Source: Eledone cirrhosa
Taxonomy: Eukaryota
Assembly (NCBI GenBank): GCA_964016885.1
Contig: OZ024745.1
Coordinates: 86,986,001-87,050,000 of the forward strand
Direction: 5' to 3'
Length of the DNA stretch: 64,000 nucleotides
Position numbers and translations under genes: made by a program. Under the pieces are notes generated by a model, which worked only from the letters and a program-made list of their open reading frames with translations, did not search any database and was not told where the DNA came from. Each line of letters starts with the position of its first letter. Position 1 is the first letter of the stretch. This document shows positions 63,508-64,000 of the stretch, piece by piece.

Positions 63508-64000
63508 CGTGTATGTATATATACATACTACTGTCCCTCTGAATACATATATGTATGTACGTATACATACTTATATTTAAGTAACAACGTACTAAGAGTG
63601 AGAAATGAAATTTCGTTTCATTTTTTCTGTTTATCGTTTTCGGTGCGCCCGGTCGATTAACTCACTCGATATGCAAATTAGGCTGCTCAGCCGTTAATAT
63701 GCATAAGGAGAGTATAAACTTTCAGACGTTCAATCATCTGGCAGGAAGATATACGTTGCTGACGATAGCTAATAAGCTTGAAACTAGTACAGCGCTCCTT
63801 TGTCAGTGTTGAACAAATGTGCAACGATGGTTGCTCGACACTGTACGGCTTAATTCGGGATGTTTGTTTAGAAACACACCCAGCATTATAATACATTTCG
63901 GTGAATCCATACGTACATATATATATGTGTGCATGTATGTATATATACATACTACTGTACGTCTGTATGCATATATGTATGTACCTATACATACTTATAT
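62684..64000 (+). repeat. Inverted plus tandem copies of the hammerhead-bearing repeat (runs off window)
   Basis: One minus-strand copy (motif 62739-62779), then plus-strand copies with motifs at 62950-62990, 63269-63309, 63754-63794. Confidence 0.78.
63269..63309 (+). ncRNA. Minimal type I hammerhead ribozyme motif
   Basis: cgttg-CTGACGA-t agct aata agct t-GAAA-ctag-TA-cagcg; identical at 62950-62990 and 63754-63794. Confidence 0.68.

Overview
Eukaryotic, AT- and microsatellite-rich genomic DNA made almost entirely of transposable elements, with no convincing host gene. The SINE types suggest a cephalopod/mollusc (inference). The dominant feature (~14.2-52.7 kb) is a head-to-tail array of about 11 L1/Tx1-clade non-LTR retrotransposon units from at least four divergent families (A-D). 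All lie on the + strand and every junction is a (CTAT)n tract. Two near-identical full-length copies are intact (ORF1 638 aa with a CCHC knuckle; ORF2 1145 aa APE-RT-CCHC); the rest are truncated, chimeric or decayed. Best candidates for new biology: (1) (CTAT)n/GATA-targeted, self-perpetuating LINE arrays; (2) ORF2 bracketed by a splice donor at the ORF1 stop and an acceptor at the ORF2 stop, with phase-matched stop codons, predicting an ORF1-only spliced RNA; (3) a ~110-120 bp fold-back mini-element made from the LINE 3' end. The flanks hold a decayed R4/Dong-like RLE retrotransposon, tRNA-derived SINEs, an RTE-like 3' fragment, a MITE, and several Penelope/retrozyme-like repeats carrying minimal hammerhead ribozyme motifs. 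All calls were made by eye, without database searches.
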